Shown: in pieces, positions 50,403-60,291 of the stretch
Layout of the letters: each line of letters begins with the position of its first letter
Position numbering within the stretch: position 1 is the stretch's first letter
Assembly (NCBI GenBank): GCA_044229845.1
Contig: JBGASG010000011.1
Span: 64,001 to 128,000, forward strand
From: Candidatus Obscuribacteraceae bacterium
Lineage (GTDB): Bacteria > Cyanobacteriota > Vampirovibrionia > Obscuribacterales > Obscuribacteraceae
DNA: 64,000 bases
Direction: 5' to 3'
Made by a program: the position numbers and the translations under genes
Notes under the pieces: model-generated
What the model saw: the letters and a program-made list of their open reading frames with translations, nothing else
Database searches by the model: none
What the model was told of the DNA's origin: nothing

Positions 50403-50586
50403 AAACCATCCTCCTTCCTCTCAATAACTTTCCTGCATTCCCTGTGATCAGGAACGCTAAAAATGTATCGCGACATAGAGGGTGCGCGTATCAGCCGATA
50501 GAATGAAACTCGGGAGTAGTCTGTGAATCGGCCTTTGTAAGGATGTATCCGATACCGCCTCTATATGACCGACGGGTTCCAGGAGG

Positions 50587-51936
50587 TCATTGCAATTGTG
50601 CGCTTTCCCGTTGCTTCGCGTTCAGCGTCGCCAGGTATTTTGCAAGACACCGGGCTTCCTCATCGTTGACTGCCAGCGGAGGCATAATTCCTGAATAGCT
50701 GTTCTTTTTCGGGTCGGTTTCTCGCAAGATATTGAGAAAGCTGGCAATTGCATCCTCGTCACGGGCTCCCAATAACTTGCGCATGCTTCGATAACCACTT
50801 TCAGTGTGACAGGACATACATTGATAACGGAAGATTGGCTCACCGCGCTTCTCTTCGCTCTCCTGCCCCTGTGCCATCGCGCCAGCCCATTTGCCAGATT
50901 GGAGAAATCCTGCCTGGCTGATGGCAGTCACATCCGACTTGTGAATGCCGTTTGAATACAAATAGTTGTAAACCACGTAAGGTTTGCGCAGCATCTCGCG
51001 CATCCACTCGGTGGTGCCGGTGACAGCCAGTCCGCAGACCATGAAGAGCAATGCGATGCGAAAAGTGAAAGCCCGAGGATTTAAATAAGGCCCGAAGAAC
51101 GCGAACAAAAGAATGGTGCCCGATAGAACCAGGGAGAGATACAGCGCACGCGCCAGGACTGAAAAATTGCCGACACCGGAGGCTTGAATGCCGGTGAAGA
51201 TGGTCTCGATCGACGCTTGCGGCACTTGAGTCAAGAACCAGATGGTCGCCAGCGGTCCCAGAATGAAGACAGGTAAGAGCCACTTGGCGCAATAGCGCAC
51301 CATCACGGTGCGAAACTTAGTTTCTTTAATCAGCGATGAAGTGAGCAGCGCATACATCCCTGCAATTGCCAACATAATCAGCAGGCGAATGCACAGCGAG
51401 GGGAAGTAAGTCGGATTGAACACTCCATCGAACCAGTTGTGGCTGGTCAACCATTTCCCGGGCGTCAGCATAAAAGTCAGCACGCCGTTGATGATTACCA
51501 GCGTGAACACCGAGAATACAGCATAGAACCTGGCTAGCTGCAGATGCTTTTCGCGAGAGACTTTGTCCCAGGTATAGTAATAAGCAAAAGCTGTTGCCAG
51601 CTCAGCCACGAAGAAAAGATATTCTTCGGCCCAGGCCAGTGTAAAACTCTGTATCAACGAGGCGATGCCGTCCGGGCTGACCAGGCTAATTGAAAACCAT
51701 ATTCCCACTCCGGTCACCGCGCCTGCAACAGTCGTCAGCAACACAAAGAAGCGCGAATGCTGCTTCAAAAACGCGTACATGCGATCGTCCTGGCGACGAT
51801 AAGCCAGTTCTTCGGCAATCGCCAGATAAATACCGCCACCGACAGCAAAGTGCGAGATGAAGATGTGGATGATTGAGATTATCCCAATTATCCATGTGCC
51901 GCCGAGGTAAGGCACCACCCATAGCGGATAGTTCAT
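50587..51936 (-). CDS. Cytochrome bd-like (CydA-homologous) subunit fused to cytochrome c
   Basis: HIFISHFAVGGG, GAVTGVGIW, FMLTPG, EWMREMLRKP, C-terminal CMSCH...MPP. Confidence 0.82.
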   Translation of the reverse strand: MNYPLWVVPYLGGTWIIGIISIIHIFISHFAVGGGIYLAIAEELAYRRQDDRMYAFLKQHSRFFVLLTTVAGAVTGVGIWFSISLVSPDGIASLIQSFTLAWAEEYLFFVAELATAFAYYYTWDKVSREKHLQLARFYAVFSVFTLVIINGVLTFMLTPGKWLTSHNWFDGVFNPTYFPSLCIRLLIMLAIAGMYALLTSSLIKETKFRTVMVRYCAKWLLPVFILGPLATIWFLTQVPQASIETIFTGIQASGVGNFSVLARALYLSLVLSGTILLFAFFGPYLNPRAFTFRIALLFMVCGLAVTGTTEWMREMLRKPYVVYNYLYSNGIHKSDVTAISQAGFLQSGKWAGAMAQGQESEEKRGEPIFRYQCMSCHTESGYRSMRKLLGARDEDAIASFLNILRETDPKKNSYSGIMPPLAVNDEEARCLAKYLATLNAKQRESAQLQ

Positions 51937-53030
51937 GACAGGGCTCCCCAGATAGTGAATGCCACAAGCGCGATCAAGACTGCCACACCAAATATGGTGG
52001 CCGTCCTGGCGCGGGCTTTTGTTTTGCCATCGTCAATTATCGGCATGATCACAAAACCCAACGCCACAAGCATCATCAAAATAATTCCGAAGAGTTCCCC
52101 TTCAATCGGTCCGACCATGGGGGGAATCAGTTTCAAAAACTGGAACGGTGCCAGGAAGTACCACTCAGGCTTAATACCAATGGGGGCGGCCGCAAACGGA
52201 TCGGCTTCCGGTCCCAGTCCCCACGGATATAGCATCACCAGGGCGAAGAGAACGTTGAGAGCCAGAATCCAGACCAGTATGTCCTTCAAGAAGAAATTCG
52301 GAAAGAACTTCTCATAAGTCTTCTCATTGGGAGGTTTCTTGCTGAATGCCTCAGGTTCTGAAATACCGTGCACCTGTACTAGCATCAAGTGTGCGCCCAA
52401 AATTCCCAGGAGCAAAGCCGGCAGCACAGCGACATGGATCATGAAGAAACGGGAAATTGTCGCTTGCGATATCGCGTCGCCGCCGCGCAACATATATGCC
52501 ACCAGATGACCTACCAGAGGCATTTTTTCGGCTATGTCCAGTCCAATTTTGGTGGCAAAAAACGAAACGTCGTCCCAGGGCAGCAGGTAGCCGGTAAAAC
52601 CAAAAGCCAGACATAGAACCATGAGCACCAGTCCACTCCACCATGTAAGCTCCCGGGGCTTTCGGTATGCCTTCATGAAATACGTGCTGAATAAGTGCAC
52701 GAAGACGGCAGCGATCATCAGGTTGGCGCCCCAGCTATGCAATGAGCGGATGAACCAGCCGAAGTTTATTTTCGTGTTCAGCTTCAGAATGCTGGAGTGC
52801 GCCGAACTGAGTTCAGGCACGTAGTAAACCATAAGCAAAATGCCTGTGACGATTTGCACAGCCAGGAGCATGCCGGCAATTCCGCCCAGGTAGTACCAGA
52901 GCGAATGCTTGTGCAACGGCACTTTTTTCTTCGCGGCTACCTGGCGCAGTTCTTCTAGTGGCAGTCGCTCGGTTAGAAACGAGACGACACGCAGACCGGA
53001 GCCTTTGGATGATGCTGATTCGGATACCAT
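51933..53030 (-). CDS. Cytochrome b subunit of a Rieske/cytochrome b complex
   Basis: RSLHSW...VHL, FTGYLLPW, IHV...AHL, PEWY. Confidence 0.92.
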   Translation of the reverse strand: MVSESASSKGSGLRVVSFLTERLPLEELRQVAAKKKVPLHKHSLWYYLGGIAGMLLAVQIVTGILLMVYYVPELSSAHSSILKLNTKINFGWFIRSLHSWGANLMIAAVFVHLFSTYFMKAYRKPRELTWWSGLVLMVLCLAFGFTGYLLPWDDVSFFATKIGLDIAEKMPLVGHLVAYMLRGGDAISQATISRFFMIHVAVLPALLLGILGAHLMLVQVHGISEPEAFSKKPPNEKTYEKFFPNFFLKDILVWILALNVLFALVMLYPWGLGPEADPFAAAPIGIKPEWYFLAPFQFLKLIPPMVGPIEGELFGIILMMLVALGFVIMPIIDDGKTKARARTATIFGVAVLIALVAFTIWGALS

Positions 53031-53033
53031 GAT

Positions 53034-53615
53034 TTACGCCTTCGATACAATTACTTTCCCTTCCACTACAGCCACTTTTAAAGGTGGCAGAGGTTTCGGC
53101 GGCGGACCCGCCACATTTTTTCCGGTCTCGGCGTCATACTCACCACCATGGCAGGCGCAATAAATGCACTGCTTGTCGGCTCTAAACTGGACCGTGCATC
53201 CCAGATGCGTGCATATGGCTTTGAAAGCGTGCAGCTCTCCGTCATCGGTGTGAATAACGAGGGCTGGCACGGATCCGAACCGAAAGTTGCGTCCGGCCCC
53301 TTTCGGCAAGTCGGACAGCTTGCACACCTCGACACTGGTAATCGTGGAAGTTTCATTTTCTTCTCCTGCCGGTGGTATCAGATAAGCCACTACGGGTGCC
53401 AGCGCAACGCCGCCCCAAGCTAAGACCGTGCCCGCGAATGCAGTCCTGATGAAGCGGGAGCGGCTGACGCCCTCAACATCGCTGTCGGCATCTTCTTCCT
53501 CAGGGTTTCCGTTCGGACAACCATGGCAACCGTGCTGTCCTGAGCACTTTCCTTCTTCACCAGGTTGCCGCTTCTCACCAGGTTGCGGTCCATTATTTTC
53601 GTGTTGCTCTTCCAT
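53034..53615 (-). CDS. Rieske 2Fe-2S subunit
   Basis: SRSRFI + TM, CTHLGC, CACHGGEY, GPPPKPL. Confidence 0.92.
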   Translation of the reverse strand: MEEQHENNGPQPGEKRQPGEEGKCSGQHGCHGCPNGNPEEEDADSDVEGVSRSRFIRTAFAGTVLAWGGVALAPVVAYLIPPAGEENETSTITSVEVCKLSDLPKGAGRNFRFGSVPALVIHTDDGELHAFKAICTHLGCTVQFRADKQCIYCACHGGEYDAETGKNVAGPPPKPLPPLKVAVVEGKVIVSKA

Positions 53616-53624
53616 GGCAGCTCC

Positions 53625-54797
53625 TCACGCAGAACCAACGGTATTAACGGTGCTACCGGTTTGGGAAATGACCGGCGGATGATATGCAGACCAAACAAGC
53701 CGGCAAAGCCAGACCAGATAGAAAATCAGGGCGACTGCCGAAACAAGAAAGATCGCCAGCAAATCCCATTGTGTTGATACGGCAACCAGGTCTGGTTTTA
53801 CATGCGGGTTTAGATAAAGTAACCGCAATTGATGCCGATTGATGATCATGGCTAGAATCAGCACGGCATTGGCGACCAGTCCGGCAATGAATGCAGCTTT
53901 ATTGCCGCTTGTCGAAGATACGGTTGTCGCCAGCAACGCCACCAGCATCAGAACCATCGAGGTCATAAAGACGCCTGTAATCAATGAATCTCCTCCCATG
54001 AACGCCGACATGAATTGGCGAGGGAGAGATTGCAGAAACCACAGGCCTACTGGAATCTGCAGCACCGTGGCGACCAGAAATATCCGTGAGCCCAACTTGA
54101 TCGACCACAACGAAAAATCCTGGTTACGCTTACGCAGGTACAATCCAAAACAACCAACAGTCATGCCGGTGACCGCGATCGAAGCAATAAAGAAATGCAA
54201 GTAGCGCGGCAGAATCTGCCGCTCGGAAAGATTGAGGTTGAGCCCTTGCGGGCTGGACTGATACAGCGAGAACCATTTTTCCGGCGACTGCATAAGGGTG
54301 AGGTTGTTTGAAAACACATACCCGATGAGTCCAAACCCGATGCTCATAAACAGCATGCCGAGCGCTGCTTTCATCGCGGCTGCGCCTGACAGGTTGCCGT
54401 TGAGGACTTTGTATATCACCAGATAAGCTGCGTAATACGAAATTAGCAGTATGGCCAACACACCGATCCAGGGCACGGCCATGACTATTGATGAAGTGTA
54501 GAATGCAGGTCCGTACAGGAGCTGCAAGAACAGCAACGGCACAATTCCCTGTGTGATGGCAAAAGATATGAAAAGGGGGAGCGAGATTGCCAGTGCTCTG
54601 GCAGTCTTAAAACTGTAAGAGCTATGGTCACGCCTACCGAGCGTAAAGAGAACCGCAGCAATGACAGTTCCACCCCAAACCACATTCATTGGCAGAACAT
54701 GCAAATAAAAACCAAGCACCAGCAGAGTCTGCATGAGCCATACCGGCAGCGGAAACGGCAGCGGTTGATAAGCTGGTATCAGTTGCGAGAATTCCAT
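53625..54797 (-). CDS. Polytopic membrane protein, probable second subunit of the bd-like oxidase
   Basis: LHVLPMN, GIVPLLFLQLLYG, PRYLHF; first gene of the Rieske/cyt b/CydA-like operon. Confidence 0.65.
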   Translation of the reverse strand: MEFSQLIPAYQPLPFPLPVWLMQTLLVLGFYLHVLPMNVVWGGTVIAAVLFTLGRRDHSSYSFKTARALAISLPLFISFAITQGIVPLLFLQLLYGPAFYTSSIVMAVPWIGVLAILLISYYAAYLVIYKVLNGNLSGAAAMKAALGMLFMSIGFGLIGYVFSNNLTLMQSPEKWFSLYQSSPQGLNLNLSERQILPRYLHFFIASIAVTGMTVGCFGLYLRKRNQDFSLWSIKLGSRIFLVATVLQIPVGLWFLQSLPRQFMSAFMGGDSLITGVFMTSMVLMLVALLATTVSSTSGNKAAFIAGLVANAVLILAMIINRHQLRLLYLNPHVKPDLVAVSTQWDLLAIFLVSAVALIFYLVWLCRLVWSAYHPPVISQTGSTVNTVGSA

Positions 54798-54956
54798 CGT
54801 CGATCCGTTGTCTCCAAACGCCTGCATCTCCAGCACAGGCATATGCAGACTAGCTTTCGGCGTCCTGGCTTTTCATCGGCCTTGCGGCTTTGCGCAAAGA
54901 TGTGTCACACACGCAAATAGCCAAAAGAGCGCGTCTTTTTCGCGCTAGCGCAAAGA

Positions 54957-54972
54957 TCCTCCGAAAGGATGA
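54957..54972. promoter_or_regulatory. Palindromic operator candidate TCCTCC-GAAA-GGATGA
   Basis: Matches the recurring motif; between the divergent oxidase operon and hcp. Confidence 0.6.
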
Positions 54973-55921
54973 TTCCAGTCGCCAGAGCTGCTCAAATCAG
55001 CCGTTGGGACAATGTCGCCATCTGCTAAAACCAGCTAATCTGGACGATCTATTGAAGTTTGACGAGGGATTCATAATGTCGATGTTCTGCTATCAGTGTG
55101 AGCAAACCGCTCAGGGCACCGGATGTAATACCATGGGTATCTGCGGCAAAGACCCAGACACCGCCGCACTGCAAGACCTGATTGTGAACATAGTAAAAGG
55201 CATTTCCTGCTATGCGGATGCAGCTCGTTCCCTCGGCGAGAGCAACAGCGAGGTCGACGACGTCACTTTGGAAGCACTCTTTATGACTTTGACGAACGTC
55301 AACTTTGATGAGAAAGAGCATGTCGTCTATATGAAGAAGCTTTCGGAAATTCGCGACAAAGCACGCTGGATCTATCTAGATGCGGCTAAACAACGAGGGC
55401 AGCAGCCAATTAGTTTCACCGGTCCCGCCGTCATGCAAATTCCTCAAACAGAAAAGGAACTTCTGGAAGTTGCCGGCACTGTCAGCATTCTCCTGGAAAT
55501 TGCCCGAGATGGAGCTGATGTTGCTGGTCTGAAAGAAATGCTCATCTACGGTATCAAAGGATTGGCTGCCTACGCCCACCATGCAGCCAAGTTCGGTTAT
55601 CGCGATGACTCAGTATTCGCCTTTGTGCACCGAGCCCTCGCAACTCTGACGCGCAGCGGCGTTACCGCCGACGAGCTGCTGCAATTATGCCTGGAAACAG
55701 GCAAAGTCAACTTCGATGTGATCGCTATGCTTGACAGAGCTCATACAGAAGTCCTGGGACAACCGGTTCCTACACAGGCGAAAACTTCACACGTAGCGTG
55801 TGCGTCCGGTAGTCCACGTCGTGGGAATTTGTGCAGGGGTGTGGTTTGCTAATTGCACATGCGGCGCGGCTAGTTCGAAGCTACGAAAAGCGCTTGCACA
55901 CCGAGTCACTGAGGGCAAGTC

Positions 55922-56395
55922 GTGGCACGAGCAAGAAGAACAGATACAACGCACTACACCAACAGCGAACTTTTAACACGGAATGAAGCTGCCCAGTATC
56001 TAGGCGTTTCTCCTAACACATTGGCGATCTGGAGTTGCACCGGGCGGTACGACTTACCCTTCGTGAAAGTTGGTCGGCTTGCAAAATACCAGAGGTCAAC
56101 ACTGGATCATTTCCTGCAGCGGCGCACGAAACACTGGGACGGAACGGAAACCGGGCGTGCAGACCGGCCTTGTGTAGCACCAGCATACACACCGTCTAAA
56201 AAAGCGCCCGCCGTGCGGCCGCAAGAGGTCGAATTTCGGGAAGTGAGGCTGGTCGAGCCACGCAGAGAAGAGGACCTGCCTCCATCGAACGGTGTGCTGG
56301 AAATCGCTCTACCCAGTGGTATCACTCTTCGACTGCCGGCAGGTTGTTCTCCGGACTTTCTCGCCTCGGTAATCGCCACATTGGAGAAATCGTAG
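55922..56395 (+). CDS. IS66 accessory protein (TnpA position) with excisionase-like HTH
   Basis: LLTRNEAAQYLGVS HTH; C-terminal LEIALPSGITLRL as in IS66 TnpA. Confidence 0.7.
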   Translation: MARARRTDTTHYTNSELLTRNEAAQYLGVSPNTLAIWSCTGRYDLPFVKVGRLAKYQRSTLDHFLQRRTKHWDGTETGRADRPCVAPAYTPSKKAPAVRPQEVEFREVRLVEPRREEDLPPSNGVLEIALPSGITLRLPAGCSPDFLASVIATLEKS

Positions 56396-56802
56396 TGTTT
56401 AACTTGTCACCATCGGTGCGCATTTTCGTTTGCACAAAGCCGGTCGACATGCGGCGTTCGTTCGACGGGCTGTTCGGGCTTGTTCAGACGCTGGTGCACC
56501 AAGACCCGTTTTCCGGATCGCTCTTTCTCTTCCGCAGTCGACGCGGCGACTTCATCAAAATTCTCTGGTGGGACCTCGACGGCTTTGCCATTTTTGCAAA
56601 GCGTCTCGAAGTCGGAACATTCCGTTTTCCAGAGGTGCGGTTCGTGAACGGCCAGTATGAAGCACTGGAGATGGAACGATCCGACCTTCTCCTGCTTCTG
56701 GAGGGCATCGACACCGATTCTGTGAAGAGACTGAAGCGCTACCGCCGGGAAAGCCCGGGATCAAGCCAAAAGGCCACCCCAAAAGTACCCGCCGTGAGGT
56801 GA
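56395..56802 (+). CDS. tnpB: IS66 accessory protein TnpB
   Basis: PVDMRRSFDGL, LFLFRSRR, KILWWD.DG, KRLE.G.F. Confidence 0.9.
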   Translation: MFNLSPSVRIFVCTKPVDMRRSFDGLFGLVQTLVHQDPFSGSLFLFRSRRGDFIKILWWDLDGFAIFAKRLEVGTFRFPEVRFVNGQYEALEMERSDLLLLLEGIDTDSVKRLKRYRRESPGSSQKATPKVPAVR

Positions 56803-58290
56803 GCAAATATCCGATCGCCATCCGGTGGCACTTCCGAGAAACGCGGAGTAAAACATAATACCTCCTTTTCGGACGCTGGCAGGTAATGTCGCCACCACGT
56901 GTGGTGTAAGCTGGATCAGCTAGATCTAAGCTGTAATTTACCCACCGGAGTGGTACCGTATACGGTGTCACTCTGGTATTTGCGTTGCCTAAATCACCTA
57001 GCGAAAACGAGCGCCTCAGAAAAGAAAATGCGCAGCTGCATACCATCATCGCCGAGCTGGGAAAGACCGTTTCGCAACTGCAGGAGCAGCTTAAGCAAGC
57101 CACCGAGGGCAATGCCGAGCTGCGCGCCCTCCTCGTTGAGGTGCAGTCCAAACTGGACAAATTGCTTCAACAGAAGAAGAAACGAGACCGTAATGACTTC
57201 GGTCCAAAGACGGAGCGGCATAACCCTCGCCCTGCTCGCACCAAATCTGAGCGCTCTTTCAACACCGACAAGGAAAAACCTGGCGGCATAAAACATATTC
57301 TCGACAACGCCAGCAAACTTCCACACCAACCAGTCCAGCACACCGTCAAGCCGGAAGATTCGACCTGTCCCAACTGCGAAGTCGACACCGTTTTCGTTAG
57401 CCACGCGATTACGCATCAGCTCGAGATGGTAAGCGCTAGCTTGAAGATCCTCGCGCATAGCCAGGAGACGCGAGCCTGCCCAAAGTGCAGACAGTACGTC
57501 GTCACAGCAGACAAGCCCTGCGCACCAATCCCTGGCAGCTATGCCGGACCACGCCTCTTGGGGGAAATTATTGTCGGCAAACTCGACGACGGACTTCCCA
57601 ACAATCGACAACAAAAAATCTTTGCGCGCAACAATGTATCGATTCCGCGCTCCACGCAATGCGACTGGATGCAAGCCACCGCTAACACTCTCTCTCTGCT
57701 CTACGACTTGCAAAAGAGAGAGTTGTTCAGATCTGCCATCATCAAGACAGACGACTCGTCCATCAAAGTTCAAGATCGCTCGCAAAAGGGCAACATCCGC
57801 AAAGGCAAAATTACTGCCTACGTCGGTGACTCCAAGCGCAAGATCACAATGTTCGACTACTCGAAAAAGCTGTCCTTCGACAGAAATCTTGAATTTCTCA
57901 AAGATTACCAGGGCATCGTTCAGGCTGACGCTGCCGGAGGTTTCGACGCTCTGTTCGAAGACGGTCAGCGAACTGAAGCTGGTTGTAGTGCCCATTCCAG
58001 GCGCAGATACTTTGACGCCCAATCCAATGACGAGGATATTCGCAACACCGTTCTCGACATTTATCGAGACCTGTATAAGATCGAGAAGGACATCAAAGAT
58101 CAACCGAAGGAGTTCCGGCTGGCGGTGCGGCGCAAAAAATCGAAGCCGCTCGTCAAACAGCTGCGCACCATAATTTCGTGCGCGAGGACCAAACTCAATC
58201 CGAGCCATGAACTCATGAAAGCGATCAACTACACATTGAATCACTGGCTCGCGCTCACCCGATTTCTCAAAAATCCCGACATTGCGATTG

Positions 58291-60291
58291 GTAGAGTCAA
58301 CGACCGGCGCGGTGGCTTTAGGTTTGGGGAGTGTCTGTTTCCGGCGGCTTTCGCTTGAAGTGCCGGTGTCTCAATCCAGTCCATCGCTCCGTTTCCGGTC
58401 GCTGCTCGTCAAACCGGACATGCACATTTCGCGCATCCGGCTTTCACCTGCATTATCAAGCCTTCGCTCTCGGCAGGTCGGCACGCGTTCGCGGCAGTTT
58501 GAAGAGACCGAGTTTCTCATAGAGATACTCGTCTGAATATTGGCGGTATCCAGTGCCTCTCTGCTTGCATCTGCGCATCAACCATCGCCTTATCCGCCGT
58601 TCGGTGTATTCCCTGATCAGTTTGTACGTCCTGGTCACAGGTCCTTGGTCGAAGTATCCTGCCCAGCCTCGCAGAAACAAGTTGATCGCGCCAACCCGTT
58701 CTTCTGGACTGGTGTAATTCCACCGGCTCGACGTCTCGTCGTGGACCTTCTTAAGCGCGCGCTTGATTGCTTTCTTGGATGGTCGGGTGCCTATGTATGG
58801 CACACCGCCTTTCCCATAGAAGAGACCGATTTCGTATCCCAGGAACGCAATCGTGCCTTCTGGAATCTTCACCAGCCGCGTCTTCGTTTCGTTCACCGAG
58901 AGTCCTATCCTTTCCATCAACTGCCTCATTCCACGCATTGCTGCTACGCCGTTACCGGGTTTACAGCAGATGACGAGGTCATCGGCGTAGTTGACCACAA
59001 AGGCATTGTATCGGTCTCGGTACCCGTGCTGTTCCCATGCAAGTAGGAACCGGCGGAAATAAAGGTTCGCTAACAAGGGCGAAATTGGTGACCCTTGCCC
59101 TGTTCCTCTATTACCGTCGCGGGCTTCCGTCGTCCGCCTGCACCCGTTCTGTGTTTTCTCCACAACAGGTGCGGTCAGCCACGCCTTTATTACCGACAGA
59201 ACAGTTCCGTCAACTACTCGGCGCGCGACACAGCGCATCAGCTTTCCATGCGGGATCGTGGAAAAGTAGTCGCTCAGATCGGCGTCTACCACTTCCCTTC
59301 TTCCGTTTTCGCTAACGTGCCAGAACACTCGGCGTACAGCCATCTTCGCATCAACTTTCGGACGGAACCCGTACTGGTTAGGCAACAGGTCCTCCTCAAA
59401 GATGGGGTTTAGCACCATTAATGTTGCGGTTTCGACTACCCGATCACGGACCGTCGGTATCGACAACGGACGCTGTTCCCCATTGCGCTTAGGTATCCAC
59501 ACACGCAGAAGAGGTTGTGGTCGGTAATCTCCAGAACACAACTCTTCCCTCAGCTCTACCAGCCATGTCGCCAATCCTCGGGCTTCGATTGCTTCGAACG
59601 TTTCGCCGTCGACTCCCGGCGCGCCAGCGTTTCGCTCGCAGCGACGGTAAGCCTCCTGCAATATGTCCAATCGACAGATCTTGTCCCAAAGACTGTAGAA
59701 GCGAAATGCCGGTTCAGCCTTCGCTTTCGCTTGCAGCGAGTTCTGTAACTTCTGAACTGTTTCTTTCGGCGTTGGTAGGCTTTCAGCCAATCCCCTAGCT
59801 CTTGTCACTTTCCTCACCTCATGCAGGTCAGGGACCCTTCCCTCCGCCGGCATTACCCGGCTTCATCGGTACTACGATCCCATCCGCCATCTGCACCAGC
59901 CGCCGCCATCCCTTACGGGTTCGTCGTTGATGGTTGGTTGCCAGCCACCACCACTGGTGCAGACTTCCCCTGTTGCGCACAGGTTCTCTGCTATGCGTGC
60001 TGCCACCACTACCCCGGTGGAACCGATGGAGCTAGTCGCTCATTTCCCCATCAGCATCGACCTTCCTCGTTATTATGGCGAGTCGGCTTCCACGTTGGCA
60101 CTTTTCGGAGCCTGCTCAGTGTTCGCTCGCGCTGCGGCCCGCATAGCCCGCTGCCTCACTTAAGAGGCTTTTCCCGGAGTGCTTCAGACCATTTGTCACC
60201 TCCTGATCCGCCCCGGGTGTTTCCGGCTGGAGCGATAGTTGCCGGGTGGGACTTGGTACCCACGGAACCCGTGCACCTTGGCAGGGCACAC
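58291..60291 (-). mobile_element. Group II intron inserted antisense in tnpC
   Basis: 5' GTGTGCCCTGCC at 60291; DV AAAGCCGGATGCGCGAAATGTGCATGTCCGGTTT; 3' ...GACTCTAC; removal restores the tnpC frame. Confidence 0.92.
58456..59853 (-). CDS. ltrA: Group II intron reverse transcriptase/maturase
   Basis: GAPGVDG, RPLSIPTVRDR, QGSPISPLLAN, NYADD; true start may be downstream. Confidence 0.92.
   Translation of the reverse strand: MPAEGRVPDLHEVRKVTRARGLAESLPTPKETVQKLQNSLQAKAKAEPAFRFYSLWDKICRLDILQEAYRRCERNAGAPGVDGETFEAIEARGLATWLVELREELCSGDYRPQPLLRVWIPKRNGEQRPLSIPTVRDRVVETATLMVLNPIFEEDLLPNQYGFRPKVDAKMAVRRVFWHVSENGRREVVDADLSDYFSTIPHGKLMRCVARRVVDGTVLSVIKAWLTAPVVEKTQNGCRRTTEARDGNRGTGQGSPISPLLANLYFRRFLLAWEQHGYRDRYNAFVVNYADDLVICCKPGNGVAAMRGMRQLMERIGLSVNETKTRLVKIPEGTIAFLGYEIGLFYGKGGVPYIGTRPSKKAIKRALKKVHDETSSRWNYTSPEERVGAINLFLRGWAGYFDQGPVTRTYKLIREYTERRIRRWLMRRCKQRGTGYRQYSDEYLYEKLGLFKLPRTRADLPRAKA

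Noticed and set aside
54890..55852. Complete short Hcp of 320 aa
   Set aside because: True start is 55076 and the last residues are read-through into the IS end
56994..58244. 416-aa minus-strand ORF inside the IS
   Set aside because: Antisense shadow of tnpC with no motif
47667..59853. The RTs as retron, DGR or CRISPR-associated RTs
   Set aside because: Both have group II intron 5' GUGYG, domain V and AY ends; no template repeats or arrays are nearby
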